IMG/VR virus record: IMGVR_UViG_3300025174_000013
Coordinates: 1 to 64,000 of that record
DNA from: an uncultured virus (IMG/VR IMGVR_UViG_3300025174_000013)
Taxonomy: Duplodnaviria; Heunggongvirae; Uroviricota; Caudoviricetes
DNA length: 64,000 bases
Reading direction: 5' to 3' (one strand)
Positions within the stretch are counted from its first letter, which is position 1. The number at the start of each line of letters is the position of its first letter. Made by a program: the position numbers and the translations under genes. The notes beneath the pieces were generated by a model. It did not search any database. It saw nothing but the letters and a program-made list of their open reading frames with translations, and had not been told where the DNA came from. Positions 40,220 through 50,827 of the stretch are shown here, piece after piece.

Positions 40220-42196
40220 GTGACTATAATGACAGTTTTAACGCTAGAAAAAGAATTATCTGAATATTTTCTTTCAACGAGATTAGAAGATATAGAATCG
40301 TTAACTCCTACAACAGTTTTCAAGATATCATTAAAGGACAATGAATTTTTAAATAATGTACTTGGCGAAACAAAAGGTAATTTTAGAAATGTGATTAGAA
40401 AAGCACTGATAAAGGCATATATTAAATGTAATTTTAATGATGAACAATTAAGTGAAATATCAAAAACCGTAAAGGAATATCAACGAATAGATTTATTTAT
40501 AGAAATACCAGTGGATATTACTATCCAAAACATCAGTGCAGAAGAACATGAAAGAAAAATTATTACTTTTGATTGTCAAGTTTCTTCAGTTGGACAAGAA
40601 TATGCTGAAGCAATTCAAGCACTTTTTATATGTAAAGGTTGTAGAGATGGACAAGAATATTCATTTGATATTTATGAAGAAAGACCGGAATGCCCTATAT
40701 GTGAAGAACGTTTAACAAGGATAGGAAATTCAGAATCAGAAACAATAAAAAGCATTTATGTAAAAGATGGAAAAGATATAACACTTGATATAGACGATAG
40801 AACATTTACAGTAAAGCTTCATCGTGAACAAACAAAACAATTTAAAATGAATGAATACATAAGAGTTACAGGAATGTTTAAATCAATACCAATGAAGAAT
40901 ACTGAAGTAAGTAAAATAATAATAGATGCAGTAAGCGTAACAAGCATAGAAAAACCAAAGGATAAATTACCAACACCCGAAAAAATAGAAGAATATAAAA
41001 AATTGGCTAAGGAAGGAAAATTAAGAGATTTACTGGTTAGAAGTTTTGCTTACTACATTACTGGCAATAGTGATCAAAAAATGGCTCTTTTATTGGCATT
41101 AGTTGGTGGAAATAAAACAGAAAATAAGCGTGGAAGAATTCATGTACTTATAGTCGGTCCGCCGGGTTCAGCCAAGTCTTCTACTTCAAAATTCATTAAA
41201 GCTGTATCTCGTAAAGGATGTTTAACAAGTATTCCATCTGCTAGTAAGTTTGGATTATTTTTTGGTGTTGTTGATACGCCAGATGGTAAAAAGGCATTAG
41301 GAGCAGGAGTTTTGGTAAAATATAATGGAGGACACGTATTTCTTGATGAATTTGAAAAAGGAGATAAAGTGATTTATGATATGATATTAACTGCAATGGA
41401 AAACGAAGAATATTCAAGACCGATCACAGGATATGGAAATCCAACCTTTCCATGTAGTACAACCATAATAGCTTGTACCAACCCTGTATTCGCAGAATGG
41501 AACGATAGATTATCTATACTGGAAAATCTAGGATTAACAGATAGGGTTGTTTCAAGATTTGACATAGTAATAAGATTATATGATATACCTGACGCACAAA
41601 AGGATTTTGAACTTGCCAAGTTTATATTAAACGATGCCAATGAAAAAAGACCTGAAAATACATTAAGCGAAGAAGAATTAAACGAGTTTTTAAATTATGC
41701 TCGATTATTAGAACCAACAATGTCAGAAAAAGCTATATATAAATTATCATTAGCATTTTCAGAGAGAGGCAAATATAAGAAAAATTCATTGATAGATAAT
41801 AGACGAATTGTTGTATCAAAAAGAAAGGCTGAGGCGTTTGCAAAACTGGATCTTCAAGAAGAGGTAACGGAAGAATATGCTGATATGGCTGTTGAATTCT
41901 ATAAAAAGGAATTAGCAACTTTTGGTCTTACGCTTGCAGAAGCAGATAAACTTAGTCAAACAGGTTTATTAAAAGATATGGGTAGAACATCAAAAGACGT
42001 AGCATTTAGAGTATTATATCATGAAATGAAGAAAATTGTTGAGGAAGGTTGTGTATTTGTAGATGATATAGTAACACAAATGGTATCTAGTGGCAAATGG
42101 AAATCGGCTGAAGAAGCAAGAATATATATTAGCCAACTAACCAAAAATGGAGTAATATCAGTACAACAACCAAGTAATGAGGTTACATTGGTTTAG
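40220..42196 (+). CDS. mcm: MCM replicative helicase
   Basis: Zn site CKGC/CPIC, IHVLIVGPPGSAKS, VFLDEFEK, AME, IIACTNP, SRFD; upstream ACAAACG-TTTATAA promoter. Confidence 0.9.
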   Translation: MTIMTVLTLEKELSEYFLSTRLEDIESLTPTTVFKISLKDNEFLNNVLGETKGNFRNVIRKALIKAYIKCNFNDEQLSEISKTVKEYQRIDLFIEIPVDITIQNISAEEHERKIITFDCQVSSVGQEYAEAIQALFICKGCRDGQEYSFDIYEERPECPICEERLTRIGNSESETIKSIYVKDGKDITLDIDDRTFTVKLHREQTKQFKMNEYIRVTGMFKSIPMKNTEVSKIIIDAVSVTSIEKPKDKLPTPEKIEEYKKLAKEGKLRDLLVRSFAYYITGNSDQKMALLLALVGGNKTENKRGRIHVLIVGPPGSAKSSTSKFIKAVSRKGCLTSIPSASKFGLFFGVVDTPDGKKALGAGVLVKYNGGHVFLDEFEKGDKVIYDMILTAMENEEYSRPITGYGNPTFPCSTTIIACTNPVFAEWNDRLSILENLGLTDRVVSRFDIVIRLYDIPDAQKDFELAKFILNDANEKRPENTLSEEELNEFLNYARLLEPTMSEKAIYKLSLAFSERGKYKKNSLIDNRRIVVSKRKAEAFAKLDLQEEVTEEYADMAVEFYKKELATFGLTLAEADKLSQTGLLKDMGRTSKDVAFRVLYHEMKKIVEEGCVFVDDIVTQMVSSGKWKSAEEARIYISQLTKNGVISVQQPSNEVTLV

Positions 42197-42227
42197 TTAA
42201 TATAAGGGATAGGATGTTAGATATACA

Positions 42228-42503
42228 ATGTTTGGAAGATTAAAGTGTTTATTAGACCACGATTGGAGTCCAGAAGATTATAATGAAGAGGTAAAGGAAA
42301 ATGGACATGAAGTGGGAGAAGAGATTTTTATTAGATGTCATAGGTGTAAAAAAGTAATGGCTGGAATTGAAAAATTACACAAAGGTGCAATAAAATGGAC
42401 GGCATATGATAAAGGAGCAATAATGTATGATGTTAACCCTGAATATCTTAAAAAAGAGGGATTAAAACATAAGATTGAAAAATTTAGAGAGGATAACAAA
42501 TGA
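42228..42503 (+). CDS. Small zinc-binding protein
   Basis: KCLLDHDW...CHRCKK. Confidence 0.55.
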   Translation: MFGRLKCLLDHDWSPEDYNEEVKENGHEVGEEIFIRCHRCKKVMAGIEKLHKGAIKWTAYDKGAIMYDVNPEYLKKEGLKHKIEKFREDNK

Positions 42504-43114
42504 GAAAGAGATTGACCAAGAAAGAAAGAGCAGAATACATTAAAAAAAGATATACGGCTAAAACACCTACAATATGTGTAAATTTGTTTGCAGGAGCAGG
42601 AGCTGGAAAAAGCACATGTGCAACTGGAGTGTTTACTTTATTGAAACACCATAATATTAATGCTGAATATGTATCAGAATATGCAAAGGATTTGGTATGG
42701 GAGGAAAGGCTTCACATTCAAAGAAATGATTTGGATATCTTTACTGAACAGGCAAAAAGACAATTTAGACTTAATGGTAAAGTAGATGTAATGGTTACTG
42801 ATTCTCCAATTTTATTAAGCAGTGTATATCAAGATCCACTTGATGAGTTATATCATGCCATGGTAATGAGGGAGTTCAAAAAATATAATAATTTGAATTT
42901 TTACATAAAGAGGGTAAAACCATATCTGAAAATAGGAAGACAAGAAAGCTTTAATGGAGCAAAACTAATAGATAATAAGGTTAAGGAATTCTTAAAGAGA
43001 GAGCAAGTGCAATATGAAGAAAGACTTGGCAATAATGAAACTGTTAACTATATTACAGGGCTTGTATTGAATCTATTAGGAAAGAAGCAGGAGTACTTCA
43101 TTACGAGGAAATAA
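42500..43114 (+). CDS. P-loop kinase, NadR/AAA_28-like
   Basis: NLFAGAGAGKST, VSEYAKDLVWE, VTDSPIL. Confidence 0.75.
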   Translation: MRKRLTKKERAEYIKKRYTAKTPTICVNLFAGAGAGKSTCATGVFTLLKHHNINAEYVSEYAKDLVWEERLHIQRNDLDIFTEQAKRQFRLNGKVDVMVTDSPILLSSVYQDPLDELYHAMVMREFKKYNNLNFYIKRVKPYLKIGRQESFNGAKLIDNKVKEFLKREQVQYEERLGNNETVNYITGLVLNLLGKKQEYFITRK

Positions 43115-43115
43115 T

Positions 43116-43364
43116 ATGGTTTGTGAAGGAGAATTTAATGTTCATGTGTATGACGGTTCAGTTCATTTTGGTCGTAATAGATTAATAGATTTTATTCCAG
43201 AAGTACAAGAAATTTTAAAGAAAGGAGGAACAGTTACTGAAGATACTGGTTTACATATTTGGTGGGATTGTGAAACAGAAATGCCAGAAAGATGGAATAA
43301 AGATCCAGTATCATATAGTTTATTGGATAATAGATATGATAAATATAAATCGGGGTTATGGTAA
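43116..43364 (+). CDS. Hypothetical protein
   Basis: 82 aa in operon. Confidence 0.5.
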   Translation: MVCEGEFNVHVYDGSVHFGRNRLIDFIPEVQEILKKGGTVTEDTGLHIWWDCETEMPERWNKDPVSYSLLDNRYDKYKSGLW

Positions 43365-43499
43365 ATGACAGTTGAAATATACATAGATGAAGATAAAGAA
43401 GTATTGATTGTAGGTAAACCTAGTTTTGAGTATGAAGTAACGCATACTGAATATAACCAAGAAAGAGACATAAAAAAGATATGGGTGAAAAGAAAATGA
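43365..43499 (+). CDS. Small hypothetical protein (44 aa)
   Basis: Hand-translated MTVEIYIDED...IWVKRK; abuts both neighbours. Confidence 0.45.
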   Translation: MTVEIYIDEDKEVLIVGKPSFEYEVTHTEYNQERDIKKIWVKRK

Positions 43500-43780
43500 A
43501 AGAAGAACACGCATTTAGTGAATCATGGATTCATATAGATATTGACAAAGATTCAGAAGAATCAAAACATTGGGCTTCACTTTTTCCACAAACAATGTAT
43601 TGGGGCGACATAAAAAAAGGGAAGCGATTTACAATATCTTATTCATATAATACAAATGAAGAATCATTAGATAAAACCACAAAAATGCATTCTGTTATAA
43701 CAAAAACATTTCCAGTTAAAATAATAAAGATTAAGCGAAATAAACCAAGATTGGATGTTTATGTTGAGAGGGTGGAATAA
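43496..43780 (+). CDS. Hypothetical protein
   Basis: ATGA-coupled start at 43496. Confidence 0.5.
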   Translation: MKEEHAFSESWIHIDIDKDSEESKHWASLFPQTMYWGDIKKGKRFTISYSYNTNEESLDKTTKMHSVITKTFPVKIIKIKRNKPRLDVYVERVE

Positions 43781-44538
43781 TGGATTCATTAGAAGATAAA
43801 CGACTTGGTGAAGAAGTAATAAGAAGATTTAAAGAAGCACAGAAACAGTTAGTAGTTGGCGGTGAAAAACGTAGCAGAACAGTTCATGCATCACATATTA
43901 CGGGAGCATGTATGAGAAAGAGCTGGTATGAATTTAGGGAAAAGCCAGAGCCACTTAGTGCAGAATCTATTGCCAACTTCTATGTTGGACAGCTTTTACA
44001 TCAATTAACACCATTGGCAAAGAAAAATGAGATTAAATTTAGTGCTAATATAAGAACTATGAAGCCGATAGATGTAAAGGATATTAATGATTATAATCTA
44101 TTTGATTGTGTTACAGGCACATCTGATGATTTAATCGAATGGGAAGGGGATTTGGTAATAGCAGACAAGAAAACATGGTCATCATTGAAGATAAATTACA
44201 AAAATGGAGGTACTTATGAAAAGAAAGAATTGACAGAGCCAGACGAAAGTTATGTTAATCAGCTTAACATCTATAAGTTATTGAATTATATTTGTGATGG
44301 TGTACAGGCAAAGAAAGGCGTTCTTCTTTATTTAGACAAAGCCACTTCATTTAAAGATCCTTTACCTTTTGTGTTTGACTTGAAACCAGTAGATGAAATT
44401 AGATCATGGGTAATAGATAGGTTAGATAAGATAAAACAATTAGTGGAGCCAGATAGGGTTATCACTAAATATTGTAGATATTGTCCATTCAGAACAATCT
44501 GTAACCCTCCAAAGGAGTTGATACCACCATGGTCTTAG
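43780..44538 (+). CDS. Cas4-like PD-(D/E)xK exonuclease with Fe-S staple cysteines
   Basis: ACMRKSWY, GQLLH, GTSDD, IADKKT, QLNIY, CRYCPFRTIC. Confidence 0.8.
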   Translation: MDSLEDKRLGEEVIRRFKEAQKQLVVGGEKRSRTVHASHITGACMRKSWYEFREKPEPLSAESIANFYVGQLLHQLTPLAKKNEIKFSANIRTMKPIDVKDINDYNLFDCVTGTSDDLIEWEGDLVIADKKTWSSLKINYKNGGTYEKKELTEPDESYVNQLNIYKLLNYICDGVQAKKGVLLYLDKATSFKDPLPFVFDLKPVDEIRSWVIDRLDKIKQLVEPDRVITKYCRYCPFRTICNPPKELIPPWS

Positions 44539-44948
44539 GATTTGGTAAAAAAGATATATTTTATGCTGGAGGCAAATTAAGACCGGGCGAAACTAGGATT
44601 CAAAAGAATTTTAGACTTGGTTGGAAACCAAAAGGATTTCTTATTGATGAAAACACCGCAATGTCTGATGAAGATATTGAATTGTTTCCACAATATAAAA
44701 TAATGAATAGTAAAAAGAAGTTCAAACGTGGAACAGATGATAGGTTGCTTATTCAATGGGTAAAAGAAAGCGGATGGGTTTTAGTTACCAAAGACATTAG
44801 AATGGCTATTAGAGCACTTATGGAAGGTGCTCCAGTATTGATGATTAATGAGGATTATAAGATTATTTCATTAATGGAAACTAAGGTACATCCAATAAAA
44901 GAATACAAGGAGTTGTTTGATTATTTTGTCAATCGATATGAGTTTTAA
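44529..44948 (+). CDS. PIN-like protein (Mut7-C/DUF5615 type)
   Basis: FLIDEN...GTDDxxLIQWVKESGWVLVTKD. Confidence 0.65.
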   Translation: MVLGFGKKDIFYAGGKLRPGETRIQKNFRLGWKPKGFLIDENTAMSDEDIELFPQYKIMNSKKKFKRGTDDRLLIQWVKESGWVLVTKDIRMAIRALMEGAPVLMINEDYKIISLMETKVHPIKEYKELFDYFVNRYEF

Positions 44949-45528
44949 AAAGTATAATTTTCAGAACAAGGAGTTCAATATCATAGCCGATATATGGTTA
45001 TGTGGTAGTGCTGAAAAAGATAGTGAAGGAAATAAATTTTCTGGAGCTTACCCTGCAGGATTTTTAAAACGATTAAAATCAGCTTTTCAAGATTTTTATC
45101 CTACTAATCCAGTTGATATTCTTCATGTCTGTAGTGGTAGAATTTCTTGTAAAGAAGGAATGAGATTGGACATTGATCCAAAATACAAGCCAGATTTTCT
45201 TTGTAATGCCGAGAATATGACAGAAATAAAAGATGAAGAATTTTTATGGGTTCAATCTGATACTCCTTATAATAAAGAAGCAAGTTTAAAATATTATGAT
45301 AAGCCAATGGTAAATAGAAGTAAAGTAATTAAAGAAATGACAAGGGTTTGTAAAATAGGAGGATTTATCGCCATGTTAGATCAAATAAGCCCTAATAATG
45401 TACCAAGATGTTTAAAGAGATTCGCACTTATTGGAGTGACATCCATTCCCAACCAAGATATGAGAATATTTTCAGTATTTCAAAAGGTGAAAAAATATGA
45501 GTCAACTGCATCAAAGAAAAAGAAGTAA
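44938..45528 (+). CDS. SAM-dependent (DNA amino-) methyltransferase-like protein
   Basis: GAYPAGF, ILHVCSG, LDIDP, SDTPY (DPPY-like). Confidence 0.6.
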   Translation: MSFKKYNFQNKEFNIIADIWLCGSAEKDSEGNKFSGAYPAGFLKRLKSAFQDFYPTNPVDILHVCSGRISCKEGMRLDIDPKYKPDFLCNAENMTEIKDEEFLWVQSDTPYNKEASLKYYDKPMVNRSKVIKEMTRVCKIGGFIAMLDQISPNNVPRCLKRFALIGVTSIPNQDMRIFSVFQKVKKYESTASKKKK

Positions 45529-46000
45529 AAAAAGTAAATCAGACGAATGGTGGACTCCAGACTGGTTTATTCCATCAGTAGAAAAAGAATACAGAATGAA
45601 GTTTGAAGTGGATGTGGCATGTACTCATAGAAACTGTAAATGTATGACTGGAATTACAAATGCTTTAAAAGATGATTGGAACATCAAATCTGTACATGGT
45701 AAAAGAAAATGGGGAGATGTTTGGTGTAATCCTCCTAATTCTAAGTTACAACTTTTCCTTCCAAGGGCGTACCAACAATGGACTAAATATGGTATGAGAA
45801 TATTTATGATTGTGCCTGCTAATGTAATGTCTTCTAAAGGATTTTGGAATGGTGTAGAAATTCCACGAAGGAAGGGAGAACGAATAACATATGAACCAGT
45901 GTTTAAAAGAATTGCATTCCTAGATAACGGTAAAAAACCAAAGTTTTCAGCCAGAAATGCTTATATTGTAATAATTTGGGGAAAGAAATCAAGATTTTAG
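45497..46000 (+). CDS. Phage Dam-type N6-adenine methyltransferase
   Basis: SDEWWTP, DVAC, NAL..DW, VWCNPPNS, IVPA, RIAF. Confidence 0.75.
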   Translation: MSQLHQRKRSKKSKSDEWWTPDWFIPSVEKEYRMKFEVDVACTHRNCKCMTGITNALKDDWNIKSVHGKRKWGDVWCNPPNSKLQLFLPRAYQQWTKYGMRIFMIVPANVMSSKGFWNGVEIPRRKGERITYEPVFKRIAFLDNGKKPKFSARNAYIVIIWGKKSRF

Positions 46001-46035
46001 TATATGCTTATAAACAAGAAAAACTAATTATTTCT

Positions 46036-47658
46036 ATGCCTGACCTTTCATCTAGAGATATCAGCAATGATATGTCCTTAGCGACAGCAAGTGAAAGTGA
46101 AATTTGGAACAGTTTAAGTCCAGAAACAAGAGCTATAATTCTAGGTCGGGATATAGCAAATGAGGCAAACATTTCTAATAACACAAAAAATGTATACCAA
46201 GGAGATTTGAAAAGTAACTCATACGAAACTATGAGTTATTATTCACTTCCTCCCTCAGCACAATTCTATGTTTCTAATAGATTGCATGAAATGGGATACT
46301 TTAGTGATTCTTATGGAGCAAATGTATATGAAGTAGAGGGTGACAGTAGATACAAATGTAAAGATTGTGAAGAAACATTTACTGCAGAAGAAGATTTTAG
46401 AGTTCACAGAAAAGTGAATCATGACAATGAAGAAAGCGAAACAGAAAGTCGAGAGGCTTATTCTCGATCACTTTATATTGATCCAGACTTGACAAAAGAT
46501 AATTTAAAGTGGGCAAGACAAATATTAAGAGGAGAATCTGCAAGACAAACATTTCCACAAAATGATGCACCAACAGTAACAGAACCAAAACTTCCAAAAG
46601 GAAAGAAAGGATATGATGATAATCCAAATCATTACTTTTATGATAATAAATTATTTAAGAGAGGAACAAGAACACCATATGAACAGGAAGGAAGACCAGC
46701 TTCAGAAGCAAGTCTTTTAATTGAGTTAGAATCAGAAATTCTAGACAAATATGGATGGGAATCTACCAAGGATGTAGAAAAAGATCCTGCTAACAGAGAA
46801 ATATATACATCAGAAGTGGCACAAAAAGTTACTGCAAATGAATTACATCCAAGAACATTAAGAATTTTAGATCATGTTAATAAACCACTTTTATTTAAGA
46901 CATTGTTAAGACTTGGTGCAGTAGAAACACAGCCAGAAGAATGGAAAGAACAAGTAATAGATGAAAAACCAATACATCAAGATTATGATCCAGAACATCC
47001 ACATGAACACAATGACTTTGATACATATTTTAGTGACAAAGTAGCAGAAGAAGATATTTCAGAAGAAGAACACACAGGCAAACACACAGAGATGGCAGAT
47101 GCAATACAAAGAGAGAATCCAGATTATTCAAGGGATAGAGCAATGAAAATAGCAAATGCACAAATTAACAAATATGGATTAGAATCACATTCAAACAAGA
47201 AAGTGCCAGATTTACTTAAGGAGGTAGATATAAGTGTAATGGAAGTGGAAGCAGAAGAATATAATGCTGATGAGAAAGAAGATGTAAAAGCAACCGAAGC
47301 AAGAATATTATCATCTTATGTAGGAAGTAAAACTAAAGGCGGGGAATCACTCGCGGATATTATGGAAGGTGCATTAGATGTACCCGTAGAAAAAGAAACT
47401 GTTAATGAAGTAATTTATGACAGAAAACTTGATGGTTATCATGAGGATAAAATAGCAAGAGAACTATTTATTAATCACGGATTAGAATATGAAGACGCTA
47501 TAAGACAAATAAGAAGCGTTGAAGTTTCAGATGACGATAGAGTAGCAAAGACTTTATTTGGAAAAAGGTTATCTGAATGTAATAAAGCCGAGGTTGGTGA
47601 AATGAGACTGTACGCTGGTGAAGCCAAAAAGAATACTACGGGTGTAAGATATGATTGA
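46036..47658 (+). CDS. Acidic modular protein 1 (putative processed head cargo)
   Basis: Start moved to ATG 46036, 29 nt after CTTATAAA; C2H2 finger (CKDC...HRKVNH); many [AGS]-x-E borders. Confidence 0.65.
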   Translation: MPDLSSRDISNDMSLATASESEIWNSLSPETRAIILGRDIANEANISNNTKNVYQGDLKSNSYETMSYYSLPPSAQFYVSNRLHEMGYFSDSYGANVYEVEGDSRYKCKDCEETFTAEEDFRVHRKVNHDNEESETESREAYSRSLYIDPDLTKDNLKWARQILRGESARQTFPQNDAPTVTEPKLPKGKKGYDDNPNHYFYDNKLFKRGTRTPYEQEGRPASEASLLIELESEILDKYGWESTKDVEKDPANREIYTSEVAQKVTANELHPRTLRILDHVNKPLLFKTLLRLGAVETQPEEWKEQVIDEKPIHQDYDPEHPHEHNDFDTYFSDKVAEEDISEEEHTGKHTEMADAIQRENPDYSRDRAMKIANAQINKYGLESHSNKKVPDLLKEVDISVMEVEAEEYNADEKEDVKATEARILSSYVGSKTKGGESLADIMEGALDVPVEKETVNEVIYDRKLDGYHEDKIARELFINHGLEYEDAIRQIRSVEVSDDDRVAKTLFGKRLSECNKAEVGEMRLYAGEAKKNTTGVRYD

Positions 47659-50600
47659 TTGTGGAGTTTGTGGAAAAGGGTTTAATACTAACGAAGAATA
47701 TAAAAATCATGTAGAACAGGCTCATGAAGCAATGAATGATACTTATTCAGAAGCATTTTGTAAAGCAAATGAAGAAACCACAGCATGGGATTTACAAGTT
47801 TGTCGTAAATGTGGAAATTCAAGAGTTCTTCAAGAGGATACAGGTTATTGTGCCCAATGTTCAAAGAAATTAGAATCAAGGGAAGTCAACTGGAGAGATA
47901 TAGGAGATAAAAAAGTTATAGATAAGGGATCACATTATGAAACTGAAGATGGTACATTAGTTGATTGGTCATCATATGATGCAACAGACGCACAAAAATA
48001 CTTAAGTAAAAAAGTTAATGAATCAAAAGCAAATGAAGATGATATGGATGATTTGCAATATAAACAACAGTTTGGACATGATTGGCGTGATGATAAAGCA
48101 AAATCAAAGAAAAAAGAAAAAGAAGGCGATGAAGGAGGGGCAAGAGGATTATCAAGTCAAGAACAACCATTAAAAAAAGTAGATTCATTATCAGAATCAT
48201 GGGGAGTATTAGAAAAAGAAAAGAAAGCACAATTATTTGAATCATTAGGAATTAATCAAGGTAGTGCATATACATTAGCAGATTTAGATTGGTTTAACTT
48301 ATCTCCACAACTTAAAGCCGATGCTTCAGAAGCATATGCAAAAGAAGAAGATGAGTTAGTAATAGATAATGATGAAGATTTGTTTGCTTTACATAAAGGA
48401 CTTATGGATAAACCAATAAAAGATGATAAGGAAAAAGAGGTTAATGAAGCCTATGCAGATATTTATAACATAGAGAAAAATCATTTATCGCCTGATTATA
48501 AAAAAAAAGCTATAGAATGTAGTAGATGTAACGAGAAGTTTTATAATAGTAAAGAAAGAGACGTTCATTTTAATGAATTCCATGCAACTGAACAAGAATA
48601 TAATTTACCTGAAGAATGTCCTTTTTGTAAGGAATTAATTAAGGAGCCAGAAACATTGGATTATCACATGCAACAAGAGCACGGAGCCCATGTACCAAGT
48701 CAATATACTCAAACAGGAATTCAAGGAGCAATGGCAGATACAGATTTTGATTCTTTAGGTTCTGATTTTTATTCAGAAGCATTTGATAGTGATTGGGCTT
48801 GTCCTAGATGTGGTAATAAAAAAGTAACTATAAAGAAAGATGAAAATGGAAATCCTATTGGTAGAGCATGTCCTAAATGTGGTTTGGGAAATGAAGTAAA
48901 AGCAACTGAATCAAAGTGGAGAGTTAATACAATTACACATGGTAAGGTTAACGTTAATTTGGGTAAAGATGCAAATGAAGAAGATGCATTAAACGCAGTT
49001 AAAAGAATGTATTTTGATGATGGATATATAGATGATAGTGATATTTTATCTGCAAACAAACTTAGTGATGAAGCAATTAATTTTGGTAAACATCAAACAT
49101 GTTCGATATGTGGACAAGATTTTGAATTGAGTGGTGTAAGTGCTGATAGTGGATGGGGTTCACATGACACAGAAGGAAACAGAATAGTGCGTAATGACAG
49201 ATTAAATCAAATTGCACATTATGACTGCGTAGAAGCAAGTGGTGAAGATATGAGTCCTTTAGGTGAATCTTATGCAAATGAAGAACATACACATAATTGG
49301 GAACAAGTAGGAGATGCTGATGGAGACAGAACATTTGAATGTACTGGATGTCCAGCGAAATTATGGGCTCATCCCGGTCAAAGTAAAGAAGAAGGAGATA
49401 TTTATTATGGATATCTTGGTCAAGAATCAAAAACAAATGAAGCAAATTGGACAGATTTCGGACATGTAAGTGATCCTAATTTTAGAACTAATTGTACTGA
49501 TGGAGAACCACACGTTCCAAAAGAAGACAAACAAAATGATATATGTATTAAATGTGGTAAAAATATACGAGAAACAGGAGAAGGTTCAGGTTATTGGTTT
49601 ACAGATGAAGATAACAGAAATTGGAATAGAACATATAATGAATCAAAAGCAACAGAATGGAGTACTGGAATATCAAGTAAAGATCCAACTGCAATAACAC
49701 AATTAGAAGCAAAATTAGCAAGACTTGAAGAAGAAAAAACAGAGATAAAAGCAAGACCAATAGTACCACGAGATTGGAGTTTTTCGCCAGAAGATAGTAG
49801 GGGATTTGAATTAACAAATATAAATGCAAACATTAGAAGTGTAAAACAAAGAATAGAAGATTTAAAAAACAGAGCAGGAGAAGCAAAAATTCCAAGCGGT
49901 GATCTTTATCAACATGGGCAAAAAGTTGGAACTATTACAGATTATAATCCAAAAAAACATGAAGGGTATGTAACACTTGATGGTATTGGTATAAAAGAAT
50001 TTGGAGCAATGACATCAGATTATGAAGTAAGAGTTAATGGTGAAAGAATTCCTAACAAATGGGATGGTAAACACGATTATAATTTAGATTTGTTTGGAGA
50101 AGCATATAACGATGATATGGTATTACGAGCACTTGATACTCCAGACGCAAATAATGAAGGTTTACCAATACATGCACAAGGAGTATATTGGAGATGTGAT
50201 TTGTGTGATTATAAAACATATTTCATGGGAACTTTTGATAATGCAGATCCAATAAAACCACATTTAAAAGAAGAACATGGTATAGGTGAATCATATGCAA
50301 AAGAAGACGGAGGTTATGCAAATTTTGGTGATAAACCAAAAGAAGAATCATGGTCAGTATTAACAGTAGGATCAGATTTATGGTATTTTAATTCAGAACA
50401 AGAAGCAAGAGATTATGTCAAAAACTTTCCAAAAGGAACATATCAAATTAACCGTCCACGAGAAGGAAGAGAATCATATGCGAAAGAAATAAGCGGACAG
50501 TTTACGAGACAATGCCCTCATTGTGAAAAATTAATTAATGTTGATAAATTAAATGATCATATCAAAAAAGAACATAATGAAATAACTGAGGGTTTAGAAG

Positions 50601-50824
50601 ATCCAGAATATAGAGTAAAATTATTTAAAGATATTGAGAAAAAACAAAAAGAAGATAAAGAAGAATCAAACGAAGACGATGATCATCCAAAAGGATGGGA
50701 TAAAAGAAAGCCTGATATAGGTGGATATGATCCAGAATTAGATGTTGATGATCCTCCAAGAAGACGGGATAAAAGACAACCTGAAATTGGAGGTTATGAT
50801 CCAGAATTAGATTATGATGGTTGA
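47651..50824 (+). CDS. Acidic modular polyprotein 2: mini-domains joined by ESxAxE linkers
   Basis: 1057 aa; about ten Cys/His zinc-finger-like modules; linkers ESKANE, EAYAKE, EVKATE, ESYANE, ESKTNE, ESKATE and 2x ESYAKE. Confidence 0.75.
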   Translation: MIDCGVCGKGFNTNEEYKNHVEQAHEAMNDTYSEAFCKANEETTAWDLQVCRKCGNSRVLQEDTGYCAQCSKKLESREVNWRDIGDKKVIDKGSHYETEDGTLVDWSSYDATDAQKYLSKKVNESKANEDDMDDLQYKQQFGHDWRDDKAKSKKKEKEGDEGGARGLSSQEQPLKKVDSLSESWGVLEKEKKAQLFESLGINQGSAYTLADLDWFNLSPQLKADASEAYAKEEDELVIDNDEDLFALHKGLMDKPIKDDKEKEVNEAYADIYNIEKNHLSPDYKKKAIECSRCNEKFYNSKERDVHFNEFHATEQEYNLPEECPFCKELIKEPETLDYHMQQEHGAHVPSQYTQTGIQGAMADTDFDSLGSDFYSEAFDSDWACPRCGNKKVTIKKDENGNPIGRACPKCGLGNEVKATESKWRVNTITHGKVNVNLGKDANEEDALNAVKRMYFDDGYIDDSDILSANKLSDEAINFGKHQTCSICGQDFELSGVSADSGWGSHDTEGNRIVRNDRLNQIAHYDCVEASGEDMSPLGESYANEEHTHNWEQVGDADGDRTFECTGCPAKLWAHPGQSKEEGDIYYGYLGQESKTNEANWTDFGHVSDPNFRTNCTDGEPHVPKEDKQNDICIKCGKNIRETGEGSGYWFTDEDNRNWNRTYNESKATEWSTGISSKDPTAITQLEAKLARLEEEKTEIKARPIVPRDWSFSPEDSRGFELTNINANIRSVKQRIEDLKNRAGEAKIPSGDLYQHGQKVGTITDYNPKKHEGYVTLDGIGIKEFGAMTSDYEVRVNGERIPNKWDGKHDYNLDLFGEAYNDDMVLRALDTPDANNEGLPIHAQGVYWRCDLCDYKTYFMGTFDNADPIKPHLKEEHGIGESYAKEDGGYANFGDKPKEESWSVLTVGSDLWYFNSEQEARDYVKNFPKGTYQINRPREGRESYAKEISGQFTRQCPHCEKLINVDKLNDHIKKEHNEITEGLEDPEYRVKLFKDIEKKQKEDKEESNEDDDHPKGWDKRKPDIGGYDPELDVDDPPRRRDKRQPEIGGYDPELDYDG
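50699..50821 (+). repeat. 69-bp coding direct repeat (2 copies)
   Basis: DKRKPDIGGYDPELDVDD / DKRQPEIGGYDPELDYDG. Confidence 0.8.
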
Positions 50825-50827
50825 TTA

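Noticed and set aside
43780..44538. Cas4 as part of a CRISPR-Cas system
   Set aside because: Stand-alone Cas4-like nucleases are common in archaeal viruses; no cas1/cas2 or array here
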